Part shown: positions 39,061 to 54,080 of the stretch, piece by piece
Numbering within the stretch: the first letter of the stretch is position 1
Layout of the letters: each line of letters opens with the position of its first letter
Source: Eledone cirrhosa
Lineage: Eukaryota
NCBI GenBank assembly: GCA_964016885.1
Contig: OZ024740.1
Location: 300,018,001-300,082,000, forward strand
DNA length: 64,000 bases
Direction: 5' to 3'
Notes under the pieces: generated by a model
The model's input: the letters and a program-made list of their open reading frames with translations, nothing else
What the model was told of the DNA's origin: nothing
Database searches by the model: none
Program-made: the position numbers and the translations under genes

Positions 39061-39203
39061 ATATATATATATATATATATATAGTGTGTAACGTTTTTTG
39101 AAATATTTACTTCTGCGTTCACAGATTGATTTTTTTAGTTTCAAAAGATCCCGTTAAGGGTGAAAGCAGCGATTCTTCGCTTAAACTTTAATCTGTTATT
39201 TTA

Positions 39204-39239
<36 letters not shown>

Positions 39240-39448
39240 CGTTTCAGAATTTGTTTAGCAAGATTCTTTATATGAAAACGTCTGTTGAAAGCGATATTAT
39301 TATACTTTGGGAGGGTCATGTTGTCAATAAGAAACACACGCACCAGGTGCTTTTAACTTCAATTTATTATAATAAATTTATAAATTTAGGAATTCATAAA
39401 TTTCCGGTTGGTTGGTTGGTTCCACAACCAGATGATTGTTTATATATT

Positions 39449-39491
39449 GTCAAAGTTCTTTCGTCACACATTCTGTGACCTCTTCAGTGAC
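39449..39491 (-). ncRNA. Minimal hammerhead motif in the inverted PLE repeat
   Basis: Reverse complement of 44266-44308. Confidence 0.65.
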
Positions 39492-42400
39492 TGGGGATTC
39501 TTTTCTTTGTTTTTGGTGCCTCTCCTTTGTTCTGTCCTACGCCATCTTGTTTTTTGTGTGTGTTGTGTGCTTAGTTTGCGCATGTGTTACATCCGGGTGT
39601 CCGTGTGTGTTTATATTCGTTTATTTATTTGTTTATTTGCATGTTACTGGTTGGTTGTTTGTTCTATGTGCGTGTGTGTTTTCATTTTGTCCTTACTTGT
39701 AAGTTGTGATGTTGCTGTTCTATTCATGTATTCTATTTAATTTTGGTTGGAGTTCATTTATGTTTATTGCCTCTGTGATTTGTCTAAACATTGCGTCTTT
39801 TCTGTGTGCAGATTCTATATTTATTTCTATGTTCTCTAATTTACCCTTATGTTCTATTTTAGCATGTTGGTAGAGTACAGATAATTCTTTACTAACTTGA
39901 AGGTCTCGCCAGTGTTCATTTATCCGTTCCCCTATACTACGAGCTGTCTCACCTATGTACACTATATTTTTATCTCTACATTGTCCTTCAGTACATCTTA
40001 TGCTATATACTACATTTCTAGTTTTACAGTTAATATGGAGGCTTAATTTACAGATTATACATTTCTTATCCCTACAGGGAGGTCTTTGAAAAGGGTATGC
40101 ATTGCTAATAAGTGTTTTTATGGAGGTACCTGGTCTTTCTACTATCTTAATATTGAGTTTATGTTTATCTAGGGCCCTTCTAAATTTGTAAGCTAATTCA
40201 CCTCTAGGGGTTGTATCGATGAACATTACACTCTGGTATTTATTGCTATCATACCATGAGTTTATTCTATTAGCCTTATTCCTTGTTCTTTCTATTCTAT
40301 TCCAAAATTTTGTCTTATACAAGGGACAGGTCCCATTTGTGTCATTATTTACCGTTTATTCCCATTTGGTTCTGGCTCCTCTATATACTCTGATTTTATC
40401 TCTCTGATTCTAAACAGAGAACTGCATACGGTGGATGAAGTGTTGTATGTGTCTCTCTATTCTTTGGGGTTGCACATGCGGGACACGTTTCTCCTCACTC
40501 ATACCAAATCCGCAATCAGTATGTTGATTTTGGTATTGTCCGAAACAGCTGAGTTTCGGTGGATTAGATATTTGGAAGTCATGGGTTTGGCATAATGGGA
40601 ATGGAGGATTTGTTATTTGTTATTAATGGTATCTAACCAGAGCTCTGTGTATAGTAGAGGAAATCCATGGTTGGGGTGTTTGCTTGGGTAGTCTATATAA
40701 CTCAAGAAAAACATAAGCGTAACCTAATACAAGAAATATCTAAGATCACCACACCAAGATAAAAAATAATATTTATAAGCCTTATATGTCCTGAAGAAAA
40801 GTACATTGTTCTAGAAGGTGACAAGCACTTTAACAAGAAACTAAAGTAGCTCAAACAGATAAAACTAAATCAAGATACTTTAGAGAATATCCATAGATAT
40901 CGCGACAAAATTTTCGGTATAAATATGGCCGACATCTCATTAACAGATGAATTCAACAACAACAACACAAATATATACGGCAATACTACGGTCGACTCTG
41001 ATGAATTATCAGTATTACAACTACCACCTAAGTATGCCACATTTAATAAGGTAAATATGATTAAATGCTTGTCAGAAATAGAAAAATCATTTACAAAATT
41101 ACGTTGGAGCCTCAAAGACACAAACAAAAACAAAAGTAACAACATACGCACACAAACACACATATACAACACACAACCCAACAACAACAGACACACAGAC
41201 ACAAACAACAATAACAACAACACACACATCAAAAATAATAACATACTCCGAAACAACAACAACAGACACGCAGACACAAACAACAATAACAACACACACA
41301 ACAATAATAACATACACGGAGAGAACAACAACACACATCCACAACAGCACACATCAACAACAAAAACAACAACACACACACATTCAATGCCTCTCACCAC
41401 CACCACAATCTTAACAAACACACAGACACAGAAAACAGGTAAAGACAGTAGCATAGAAATAAGGGAAGGTAATAGGATTGAAAGGAGAAGGGAGACTATG
41501 GACAGAGAAAATAACCAGGACGAACACACAGACACACAAAATAGAGTATAATAACAATGAGCCAGAGGAAAGAGAGAGGAGTAATAATGAGAGACATAGA
41601 AACAACCATGAGGCTGTTGGTGGAAATAGAAATAGAAACAACACAACTAACAATAACAATAGCACTAGTACACATAAAGCAGCAGCCTGGAACTCTACTT
41701 TTTATAATCCCTCCGATAAGTCGTTCGACCTGCGACGAGTCCACGCCATGACTTTAGATTTTAACAAACGCACGCAATTGCCGTCGCAGGTCGATGAACA
41801 AACAGAAGCACAATTTAGTATAGCTAGATCTAAACTTAGAAATATTATAGAACAATATAGCAAGAAGCATAATAGAATGGAGGCCCAGCAACTGGGAGAA
41901 AAATCTGCAAATGGCTTGCGTAAGCTCATGCAGCGCTCGCGTAATGGAGAGATAGCATGCTTTCCAACAGACAAGCCTGGCAGAATGTCGGTTGACAGTC
42001 TGCCAAACTACATCCAGGAAATGCAACCCCACATCACTAACACAAGAGAAGTAACACCACAAGAGCATGAGGATAGAGAAAAAGCCCTCAATGCCCATAT
42101 GATGATGTGGACAAATATAATGCAGCCCAAATAAAGGACTGCCAACAACTTCCAGGCCTGGAACAATGACGTGCCAGCGTTGTATGGGCTTCGAAAAGAC
42201 CATAAAACGAGCAGTGACCCTGTCACAGGACCACCAACACGGGCAGTCTGTAGAGCTAACATTGCTAATAACTACAGACTGTCCTACTTCCTCTCCCTGA
42301 TCGTACGCCACATCAATGAAATGTCCCCAGATGTATGTGACAGCACGGAGGACCTCCTCAGCAGAATCGGCGAGAGTAACCGATCTAGGGACCTAACAAA

Positions 42401-44265
42401 GTGCATAATGGTAGTATGGATGTTGTGTCCCTGTATCCATCTATTGACGTGGATTTTGCAGTGGAGAAATGCGTAGAAATGATCAGTGAGAGAAATGTTG
42501 AATTCCGTGGGATTGATACCAGTGAGCTGGGACTCCTACTTAAACTTACCTATAGCAATAATTATCTAGATACATATGAGCTTAGCAACCTGTGCCCTAC
42601 AAGACCAGCGAGAGGCAGACCACCTACCATTACCTCAATGGCTAGGAAAACCCACACAGATAGATGGAACGGGTGGACCAGAGACATACGGACCCCCGAA
42701 AACCACGATGAACTAAAGTAAATGATTGCACATGCGGTGGGGGCCAGCAAAAAATTAACCCTTAAGGAACATATGTTGAGATTTAATGGAAAAACATAAG
42801 CCCAAGAGTAGGGAGCAGCCATTGCAGGGGACTTAGCTAACCTATTTATGGTATGGTGGGACAGTAGACTTAAACTTAAACTTAAACTTAAAGATAAATT
42901 AGATGACCGCTCAACCCTGATAATGTACTCTCGCTACGTTGATGATATAAACATCGTAGTAAAAATACCCCCACTAGAGAACAGTCAGGAATTAAAGAAA
43001 AACACAATGGAAAGCATCCAGCAAAGAGCTAACTCCATCCACCAGAGTATTAGAGTTACTATAGACTACCCGAGCAAACACCCCAACCATCGATTACCTA
43101 TACTAGACACAGAGCTCTGGTTAGATACCATTAATAACAAAAAACAAATCCTCCATTCCCATTATGCCAAACTCATGACTTCCAAATATCTGATCCACCG
43201 AAAGTCAGCTGTTTCGGACCATACCAAAATCAACATACTGATTGCGGATTTGGTACGAGTGATGAGAAACGTGTCCTGCATGTGCAACCCCAAATAACTA
43301 GAGAGATACATACAACACTTCATCCACCGTATGCAGTTCTCTGGTTACAACCAGAGAGATAAAATCAGAGTATATAGAGGAGCCAGAACCAAATGGGAAA
43401 AAATGGTAAATAATTACACAAATGGGACCTGCCCTAGTATAGGAGCAAATTTTGGTATAGAATAGAAAGAACTAGGAATAAGGCTAATAGAATAAACTCA
43501 TGGTATGATAGCAATAAATACCAGAGTGTAATGTTCATCAATACAACCCCTAGAGGTGAATTAGCTTACAAATTTAGAAGGGCCCTAGATAAATATAAAC
43601 TCAATATTAAGATAGTAGAAAGACCAGGTACCTCCATAAAAACACTTATTAGCAATACATACACTTTTCAAAAACCTCCCTGTATAGATAAGAAATGTAT
43701 AATCTGTAAATTAAGCCCCTATATTAACTGTAAAACTAGAAATGTAGTATATAGCATCAGATGTACTGAAGGACAATGTAGAGATAAAAATATACTGTAC
43801 ATAGGTGAGACAGCTCGTAGTATAGGGGTACGGATAAATGAACACTGGCGACACCTTCAAGATAGTAAAGAATCATCTGTACTCTACCAACATGCTAAAA
43901 TAGAACATAAGGGTAAATTAGAGAACATAGAAATAAAAATAGAATCTGCACACAGAAAAGACGCAATGTTTAGACAAATCACAGTTGCAATAAACATAAA
44001 TGAACTCGAACCAAAATTAAATAGAAAACATGAATTGGACAGCAACATCACAACTTACAAGTAAGGACAAAATGAAAACACACACGCACATAGAACAAAC
44101 AACCAACCAGTAACATGCAAATAAACAAATAAATAAACGAATATAAACACACACGGACACCCGGATGTAACACATGCGCAAACTAAGCACACAACACACA
44201 CACAAAAACAAGATGGCATAGGACAGAACAAAGGAGAGGCACAAAAACAAAGAAAATAATCCCCA

Positions 44266-44308
44266 GTCACTGAAGAGGTCACAGAATGTGTGACGAAAGA
44301 ACTTTGAC
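44266..44308 (+). ncRNA. Minimal hammerhead motif in the PLE 3' terminal repeat
   Basis: gtca-CTGAAGA-ggtcaca(gaatg)tgtgac-GAAA-gaac-TT-tgac; very short stem III. Confidence 0.68.
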
Positions 44309-44577
44309 AATATATAAACAGTCATCTGGTTGTGGAACGAACCAACCAACCAACCGGAAATTTATAAATTCCTGAATTTATAAATTTATTATAATAAATT
44401 GAAGTGAAAGCTACTGGTGCGTGTGTTTCTTATTGGCAACATGTCCCTCCCAAAATATAACAATGTATATATGTATATATAATCATATCTTCGTGTACAG
44501 ATATTATTGCATACACAATAACAAAATATGAACAAATTTTTTATTTCACGAGGCTCGACAGCAGCAAAAACAACATC

Positions 44578-44993
44578 AAAAAAGAGAGGGAACGCAATTA
44601 CATGCTTTTGAAAAATCTTAATGGAAAATTATTTGCCTATTCATCCGAGGCGACTTCACTTTATATTAGGACTTCTGCATCAATTGTTGAACATACGACG
44701 AAACTGTTTCAGAAAGGAGGGATAAACATGCCAATCTACGTTTCGAATGCCAAGCAACGCCAACGCCGGGTCATTCTGGTAGTATATATATATACTAGCA
44801 GAATGGCCCGGCGTTGCTCGGAATTCTAAACATAGATTGGCATGTTTATCCCTCCTTTCTGTAACAGTTTCGTCGTATGTTCAACAATTGATGCAGAAGT
44901 CCTAATAAAAAGTGAAGTCGCCTCGGATAAATAGGCAAATAATTTTCCATTAAGATTTTTCAAAAGCATGTAATTGCGTTCCCTCTCTTTTTT
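44578..44993. mobile_element. Two Helitron-like 3' ends, tail to tail, forming a ~200-bp-arm inverted repeat
   Basis: Arms 44578-44782 and 44795-44993; the minus arm ends ccgagcaacgccggg-ccattctg-CTAG (GC hairpin + CTAG); (TA)6 spacer. Confidence 0.7.
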
Positions 44994-45034
44994 GTATCTG
45001 CTTACAAAAAAAAATGATACATAGAGAATATTTT

Positions 45035-45117
<83 letters not shown>

Positions 45118-45118
45118 G

Positions 45119-45174
<56 letters not shown>

Positions 45175-45339
45175 ATTCGGTCCTCAATGTTTAGTGTGTT
45201 CTGTTATTAATTATGCCAATATTATTACAACAACATGACCCTCCCCAAGTATAACTATATCACAGTAAAAGTTTGTAGCGCTGATTCTTTGTAGACCAAA
45301 CGCACATTTTTATTTCTAGCAGTATAGTTGGCCTGTCTC

Positions 45340-45523
45340 TGGCAGTATCGGTTGGGGGTCGGACACCAATCTTTGCAGCAAAGAGTTAAGCCCTTTATGG
45401 TCTGATTTCAAATCCCGCCGAGGTTAACTTTGCCTTTCATCCTTATGGGCTCGATAAAATAAAGTACCAGTAATACACTAAGGGATATTTGCTGACGTTG
45501 TGCCAAAAGTAGAAACAATTATT
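45340..45523 (+). mobile_element. tRNA-derived SINE (diverged)
   Basis: tggcagtatcgg...ttcaaatcccgccgaggttaactttgcctttcatcc. Confidence 0.75.
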
Positions 45524-45709
45524 ACGTTTTGTTCCGAAAGCCTGTTTTGAAGCTATGGGGATAAGTATCATATTGCGTTTAGTAAGATGAAATATTCTAC
45601 TTTTGGTTGAGTGGTTTTGCCATTCTATTTGTCACTCATCAATCTCGGAATGTTACCTTCTACTCATGTTCTTTAGCTTGCTATCCGACTTTTCTTTGCC
45701 TATGCATCT

Positions 45710-45749
<40 letters not shown>

Positions 45750-45878
45750 TAAGCGCCGAAACTTCTATGATCTCAGTTTACAGCTGATGAAGGACTTCTT
45801 CTCTTTTGTTTCGTCCATACTATTATCTTCAACCTTATTTAGAGTAGCCACACAGCCCATTTCGTTCCTTATAATTCT

Positions 45879-45960
<82 letters not shown>

Positions 45961-48074
45961 GCACACACGCACGCACACACACACATATATATATATATTC
46001 ATATATTCATATATGTCAACGCATGTTCTTGTATAGGTTTGTCTCAGTAACATTGTCTGATCCGTGTACGTTTAAATTGGGTTCTTTTCGAAACTAGTTT
46101 GCCATTGAATGATTTCCGGATAACATGATCGATATTATTGTATATTGATCAAAATTATTCCTAAACGTTTATTAGATAAACTTCAACAAACAGATCCATT
46201 CTAAGCTATGATATTATCACCAATCAACGTAAATTCGTTGAACGTTAGATATAACATTATTACCAAAACTGTATGACACTGTTTTGTATACGTTTTTGAA
46301 AGAATGTTAATGTAGATTAGCGTGCCACATCACATTACTTTTAGTTGTATTCAATATGAAAGTGCATTTGATTGATTCATCTCAGCATAAATTAACTGCG
46401 ATAAGTACAAACCTTACTGCTAAAAAATGCATAAATGCATAATAAAACGATTTAAATCAATACGGAGAATATGGCATTTCTAATATTGTTTCCTAAAAAA
46501 TATATATTGTAATAATTTGATTTCATATGTAGGGTATGATAACATAGCATTGTATTACCATTACTTTCATATATCAACATTTATATTAGTTATTACGTGG
46601 AAAAATGCATGTATTGTATGTCGTGCGGCTACTAAGCGTAATGCTATTCTTCCGTTTGAACTTCTATTTCTTGTCATATCCATTTAATTGAAAAATAGAC
46701 AAGATTATAATTCAATAAATTAAGAAATCTCGGAGGACAGATCTGAGTAAGTGATTATTACAATCGCTGGTCTGTGAAATATTGTTGGTGCAAAGGAATT
46801 TTAAGTAAATAAAATATGTGTAGACGTGGCTGGTGTGGTTTCTATTTCCGAGGAGCATTCAGCTAAGGTTATGAGAGCTAAACTTTACGCACAATATATG
46901 TGTTGGGTGATGGTGTAATAATAAAATGGTAACATAAAGATGCATGAAAGTTTAAACATAAAATTCTTTACATTTTATAAACAGAAATTATGCATTTTAT
47001 AGATTGTATGTCATTTATGCATTTCAAATTCATATTCGATGGAATAAAGAAATGCATTAAAAGAGAACCACGTCGCAACTAACAACGACTACATCTGTGT
47101 CACCGCTGAATTAACAAACATATGTAATCATTGAAATGAAAAGTATTTTTTAAAACATTGAATATAAATGTGTAAACGAATTCAAATCAGAAGAAAAACA
47201 CACTGTTACTTTATCAAAAATATATGAATCTATTTCATTTAGAAATTAACATTAACATGAGAATAAAAGAGTAAACGTTTACCTATGTGTATTAGATACA
47301 GCCGGTTATTTTATCAGAAATATATAAATATATTTCATTTAGAAATTAAAATTAGCCCGACAATAAAACCATAAACAGTGACCTAACTGTTACAGACGGT
47401 TATGCATTTAGACCTGTCGGAATGTACCTCTTACTTTTGCTGCACGTTACTAAGATTTCATATATTTGCTACTTTATTGCATACATTGTCATATGTTTGA
47501 CACTGTAATATATATATATATTTTTTGAGAAATTACCTTATACTTGATATAGAACCTGCTTTATATTTTAATGAATGGAAATTTGAAAGAGGGTACTGGG
47601 CGTGATTGATTCATCACTGAACAGATAACACATTGATAACTCAACAATCAGTAAGACCACTACATTCACTATACGCTTCCTGTAAATTGGATTAAGCATT
47701 GAATTGAAATTTTATCGGAAACACAGTTTGCAAAAGTAACTGATAGCAATTATTCCACATATTGACATGTTTATTTCAAAAAGACGTTGCGCTATGTTGA
47801 AGGAGAGATTTATGCGGTAATCTTAGCACTCTGAAGAATATTAGATACATAACGATCATGAAATGTCTTTGATCAGAGTTTCAAGACGCAAAGCCATCTC
47901 GTATTTGATTTTGATTATCTATTGATTTACGTTACTTCAAAACAAATATTGAAGATGTTAAACCACTAAATGATTTCATCAAGTCATCATATGTACAAAC
48001 ATAATATATATATTATATTATATTATATATTTGACTTCATGAAATCATTTGGTGGTTTAATATATGTTTTAATG

Positions 48075-48135
<61 letters not shown>

Positions 48136-48170
48136 ACACACACACATAGACATATATATATACATATATG

Positions 48171-48456
<286 letters not shown>

Positions 48457-48489
48457 CATACATACATAGATACATGTATATATATATAT

Positions 48490-48618
48490 ATGGAAAAAAT
48501 GAAGTTTCATTTCTCACTCTTAGTACTGCTGATACTAAAATATGAGTATATATACGTACATACTTACATACTTATATGTATACAGACGTGCACTAATATG
48601 TATATACATACATACATG

Positions 48619-48657
<39 letters not shown>

Positions 48658-48816
48658 GTATGACAGCTAATAAGCTAGAAACTAGTTCATCGTCCCTTTG
48701 TCAGTGTTGACCAAAGGGCAACGATGTTTGCCGAACACTGTACAGCTAATAATTCGAGCTGTTTGTTTACAAACAAACCGAGCATTATAATAAATGTTCG
48801 GTAAACCCATACGTAC

Positions 48817-48894
<78 letters not shown>

Positions 48895-49312
48895 ATGTAT
48901 GTATGTGCATGTATGTATGTATATACATACTAGTGCACGTCTGGATAATATATGTATGTACGTATACATACTTATATTTAAGTATCAGCCGTACCAAGAG
49001 TGAGAAATGAAATTTCATTTTTTCCATTTATCGTTTTCGGTACACCCGGCCGACTAACTCACTCGATATGCAAATTAGGTTGCTCAACCATTAATATGCA
49101 TAAGGAAAGTACATACTTTCAAACGTTCAATCGACTTACAGGAAGGTATACGGTGCTGATGACAGCTAATAAGCTAGAAACTAGATCAACGTTCCTTTGT
49201 CAGTGTTGACCAAAAGGGCAACGATGGTTGCCGAACACTGTACGGCTAATAATTCGGGATGGTTGTTTACAAACATATCGAGCATTATAATAAATGTTCG
49301 GTCAACCCATAC

Positions 49313-49355
<43 letters not shown>

Positions 49356-49419
49356 AGTGTATGTATGCATATACATACGAGCGTACGTCTGTATACATAT
49401 ATGTAAGTACGTATACATA

Positions 49420-49425
<6 letters not shown>
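48490..49425. repeat. 437-bp family locus: inverted piece (48490-48660) plus ~1.6 direct units with a truncated (48661-48692) and a mutated (49151-49191) hammerhead
   Basis: tgacagctaataagctagaaactag occurs twice, 499 bp apart; octamer at 49068. Confidence 0.8.
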
Positions 49426-49504
<79 letters not shown>

Positions 49505-49710
49505 ATACAAACAAATATTGTTATACTTGGGGAGGGTCATATTTGTGTAATATTGCCAGAATTAATAACAGAATACACTCACTGTTTGGTTGGTTTTCGC
49601 TTCTGTGTCTTTTATATCGGTTAATTTAATTTATTCGGTCCTCAATGTTGCCATTGACTGACCAACGGTCAAAAATTCAGATACAATATAGTCACAAACA
49701 CATATAGTCT

Positions 49711-49752
49711 ATCAAAGTTCTTTCGTTGCACATCTGCAACATCGTCAGTGTT
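49711..49752 (-). ncRNA. Hammerhead-like motif in the PLE terminal repeat
   Basis: Minus strand: aaca-CTGACGA-tgttgca(gatg)tgcaac-GAAA-gaac-TT-tgat; weak stem I. Confidence 0.55.
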
Positions 49753-52700
49753 GCTATTATGTTTCCCCCCTTTGCAATGTATGCTTACGCTATCTTTATT
49801 TAGTCTGTTTATTTATTTATTTATTTGTTTATTTCTTTTGTCTCTTCTGCGCATGCGTTTGCGTATAGTGTTTTGTTTGATGTGAGTTCTTGTTTGGGTG
49901 ACTGTATATTGGTTAATGTATTCTATCTTAGTTTACTAGTGTGTGTTTATATGTGTTTGCTGTTATTGTGCTTGTGTATGTATTTATCTATTTATTTATT
50001 TATCTATCTATCTATTTAGACTTCTCTTAGGTCAGTGTTGTTTGTTTGGGTGTTGTTGTTATTCCATTCATTTTTTTCTGTTTAGCCTTGGCCTTCAAAG
50101 TTCTATTTCGCTGGCCTCTCTGATTTGCCTATCTGCTGGGTCATTTCTATGTTTAGATATTATTCTAACTTCTATGTTGTCTATGTTATCGTTGTGTTGT
50201 TGTCTGGCACATTCGTATAGTACTGAACCGTTTATTCGTCCTTTTAGTTCCCCCTAGTGTTGGTCTATCTTTTCACCTATGCTACGAGCTGTCTCGCCTA
50301 CGTATGTTGTTGTCATGTTTCTGCAAGTAGCCTCTGTATATCTTATGCTATAGACTTCGTTTCTAGTTTTACAGTTTATCCGGTGGTTTACTCTACATAT
50401 GATACATTTCCTATTAGTACAGTGGCTTTTCTTAAAAGGGTAGGTTTTGCTGATCAGGGATTTTATGGTGTTCCCTGGCTTTTCTACCACCTTAATATTT
50501 AATTGGGTCTTCTCAGGGCCTTTCTACACTGGTTAGCTAATTTCCCTCCAGGGGTAGCGTCCACAAACATGACACTCTGGTATCTCTGGTTGTCGTACCA
50601 TGAGATGGCTTTCCCTATCTTATGTCTAGTCCTATCTAAGCTATTCCATGATTTGCTCCTGTATACTGGGCAAATTCCTTTCATGTCCAGTTCTATGAGG
50701 GTCTTATACTTTTCCATGGCTCCTTCGTATACTCTGACTCTGTCTCTTTGGTTGTAGCCAGAGAACGGCATGCGGTTGATGAAGTGTTGGATGCGTCTTT
50801 CCATTTATGTTGGGTCGCACATGCGGGACACGTTCTTCATCACTCGTACCAAGTCTGCGATCAGAATATTAAACTTAGCACTACTGGACATTGCTGAGTT
50901 TTTGAGTATCAGGTATTTGGAGGCTATGTGTTTAGCATAGTGTGAGTGGAGAATTTGTGCTCTCTCGTCTATAGCGTTAATCCAGAGTTCCGTGTCTAAT
51001 ACAGGTAGTCTATTGTTAGGGTGTCTGGAAGGGTAGTCGATAGTTACAGTTATACTCTGGTGTATGGAATTAGCTATCTGTTGGATGCTTTCCATTGTGC
51101 TACGTTCTAAATCAAACTTGTTAGTGCTCTCTTGTGGGGATGTCATTATTATATTGATGTCGTCTACGTAACGAGAGTACATGATGAGGTCTATGGAGCT
51201 CTCATCAAGGAGATCATTGACTCTCCTTTCCCACCATACCATAAACAGGTTGGCAACGTCACCAGCTATGCAGACGCCAATGGCTGCTCCCTCATTTTTG
51301 GTGTAGATCTTCTCGTTGAACTTGAATATGTGGCCCTTTAGGGTAGTTTTGGTACTAGCCCTATTGCATGTGCGACCATTTTTCTTAACTGATAATTGTT
51401 TTGGGGGTCCGTATACCTTTGGTCCACCCAATCCACCTTCCCATGGGAGTCCTTTTTGCCATTGAGGTTATGGTGGAGGGTCTACTTCTTATGGGTCTAC
51501 TGGGGCAGAAACGGCTAAGGTCATGGCTGTCTAGGTTGTCAGTGTCGTACGTAAGTCTAAGTAGGAGGCCCAGTTCGTCTGTGTCGACGTCGCAGAACTC
51601 CACCTCACTCTCAATGACCATCTCCACACATTTTTACACAGCTAAATCAATGTTAATGTATGGGTACAGTGATACCCCATCTATACTGCCTTTTATGCAG
51701 TTGGATCGGTTCCTGTTTTTGTTGCACTCACTGATTCTGCTGAGGAGGTCCTCTGTACTGTCATATACATCTGAGGACATCTTGATTATGGGGCGTATAA
51801 CTATTGAGAAGAAGTAGGAGATCCTGTAGTTGCTAACTATATTTGCCCCGCATACAGGTCTTGTTTGTGGTACTGTTGTCGCGTCGTCGACTGTCTTGTG
51901 GTCTTTGCGGAGCCCATACAAGTGTAGTATGCCATTGTTGAACGCCTGGAAGTTGTTGCCAGTGCGTCTGCTTGGCTTTAGGATGTCGGTCCGCATCATC
52001 ATGTGAGCGTTGAGGATTTTCTCTCTCCCATGATGTATTTGCTGTGCAATTTCGCTCGTGTTGGTGATGTGGGGTTGTTAGCCTTGATGTAGTTCGGCAT
52101 GCTGTCTATTGAGATCCTACCAGACTTATCCGTGGGTATACATACTACCTTACCATCCCTCGTGCGCTGCTTGAGGCTAACCAAGCCTTCTACAGGTTTC
52201 CTCCCAAGTTGTTGGACCTCTGGTCTGCTCTGTCTCTTAGTATACCGGTCTACTATTTGTCTAATCTTATTTCTAGCTATGGTGAACTGTGCCTCTGTCT
52301 CGTCATCTATTTGTTGTGGTATGCAAACTCTTTTATTAAAGGGTAACCTCGTAGGATAGATATTACCCATCTTATATCTTTTGTCAGCTGGGTTGAAGAA
52401 AAGTTTCTCTAAGGGGTTGTCATTATATCTATCGTCATAGTTGTGTGTGTTGCTATTATTGTTATTATGGTTGTTGTTGTTGTTCCTATGATTAGCATTA
52501 TTATTATTGTTATGATTGCTAGATGTATTGTTGCTGTGATTGTTCGATGTATTGTTGTTGTTTTCTCCACCGTTATTGTTGTTGTTACTGTTATTTCTAC
52601 CATTGTGGTTGTTACTTTTATTATGTTTCTTGATTTTGTTGTGTCTATCATTAATGTTGCTACATATATTATTTTTATTATTACCACTGTGGTTGTTGTT

Positions 52701-52958
52701 GTTGTTATTCGTATTGTTACCCTTATTACTACTGTGGTTGCTGCTGCTGTGTCTGTAGTTAATGTTTCTATTATTATTATTATTATTATTGTGGTTGTTG
52801 TTGTTCTGTCTATCGTTAGTATTATTACCCTTATTACTATTTCTCACTCTCCTGCTATTGTTATTGTTATGACTATTACTATTATAGCTGTTATTTCTAT
52901 ACTCAGAGTTATTGTTTATATTACTACTACCGTTATTATTGTTGTTGTTGGAGGGGAT

Positions 52959-53120
52959 TGGCAGTATCGGTAGAGAGTCGGACGCCATGCTTTACAATCT
53001 GAGTTCAAATCCCGGCGAGGTTCACTTTGCCTTTCATCCTTACGAGGTCGATGAAATAGAGTACCAGTAATGTACTGGGTTATTTGCTGGCTTTGTGCCA
53101 AAAGTATAAACAGTTATTAT
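52959..53120 (+). mobile_element. tRNA-derived SINE nested in the PLE ORF
   Basis: tggcagtatcggtagag...gagttcaaatcccggcgagg...gcctttcatcc; lies within the Asn-rich coding tract. Confidence 0.85.
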
Positions 53121-54080
53121 TGTTGTTGTTGTCCGTATAGTTGTTGTTGTTGTTTACTTTTGCATTCCAACGTATTTTTGTGAAACACTTTCCAGCTCCG
53201 TTTTACACTCAATAGGGTTAATCTTTTTGTAGATGGCAAATTTTGGTGGTAGCTGCAGGATTTGTTGTTCTTGTTCACTGATTAAAGTGTTCCCATAAAT
53301 ATTTACTGTGTGGTCATTGGTAAATTCTTCCGGTAGTTCTACATCAGTCATACGGATATTGTTGATGTTATCTGGGTATTTTTGTGAATATTCCATTTTT
53401 CTTTCTTCTAGTTTTTTCTTATTCATCCATTCTAATTTCTTATTGAAATGCCTATTGTATTCGTTTCGGGCGTATTTCGTTTCACGTCGGATGACGCTCA
53501 TGAAGTCATCCCTCTCGTTTGGTGTGGTGAGATTTCGGACTTCCTTACCGTTAATGCGTTTCTGTCTGTAAAGTTCGTTAACTTTTGTGTATGTTGTTCT
53601 TTTCATATTAACTGTTATTGTGTGTTTTAGTCGTTCAGCTTGTGTTTTGTTCAATAATAAATTATTTACTTGTTTTGATATGTTTGTTGAGTATATTTTG
53701 GAGGAAACACAGTGTTTTAAGAAGCGGATTTGGTCTGTTGTTATTGTAGTTTTTTATAAACAGAAAAAAATGAATGGAATAACAACAACACCCAAACAAA
53801 CAACACTAACCTAAGAGAAGTATAAATAGATAGATAGATAAATAAATAAATAGATAAATACATACACAAGCACAATAACAACAAACACACACTAGTAAAC
53901 TAAGATAGAATACATTAACCAATACACAGTCACCCAAACAAGAACCCACATCAAACAAAACACTATACGCAAACGCATGCGCAGAGAAGACAAAAAAAAA
54001 ACAAATAAATAAATAAATAAATAAACAGACTAAATAAAGATGGCGTAAGCATACATTGCAACGGGAGGAAACATAATAGC

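Larger units (their letters stand above)
39295..44462 (+). mobile_element. Penelope-like element (RT + C-terminal GIY-YIG), decayed, preceded by a 1.4-kb inverted copy of its own 3' end (39295-40697)
   Basis: ORF pieces 40925-44064: LQLPPKYA, PTDKPGR, PALYGLRKDHK, MDVVSLYPSID, RYVDDIN, LPILD, C..C..C....VVYSIRC, YIGETARSIG.RI.EH, RQITEA; 39295-40697 is the reverse complement of ~43060-44462. Confidence 0.92.

Noticed and set aside
47958-48060. Hairpin ttaaaccac..aagtca / tgactt..gtggtttaa with ttgatga
   Set aside because: The inverted repeat is real, but there is no GAAA or stem III, so it is not called a ribozyme
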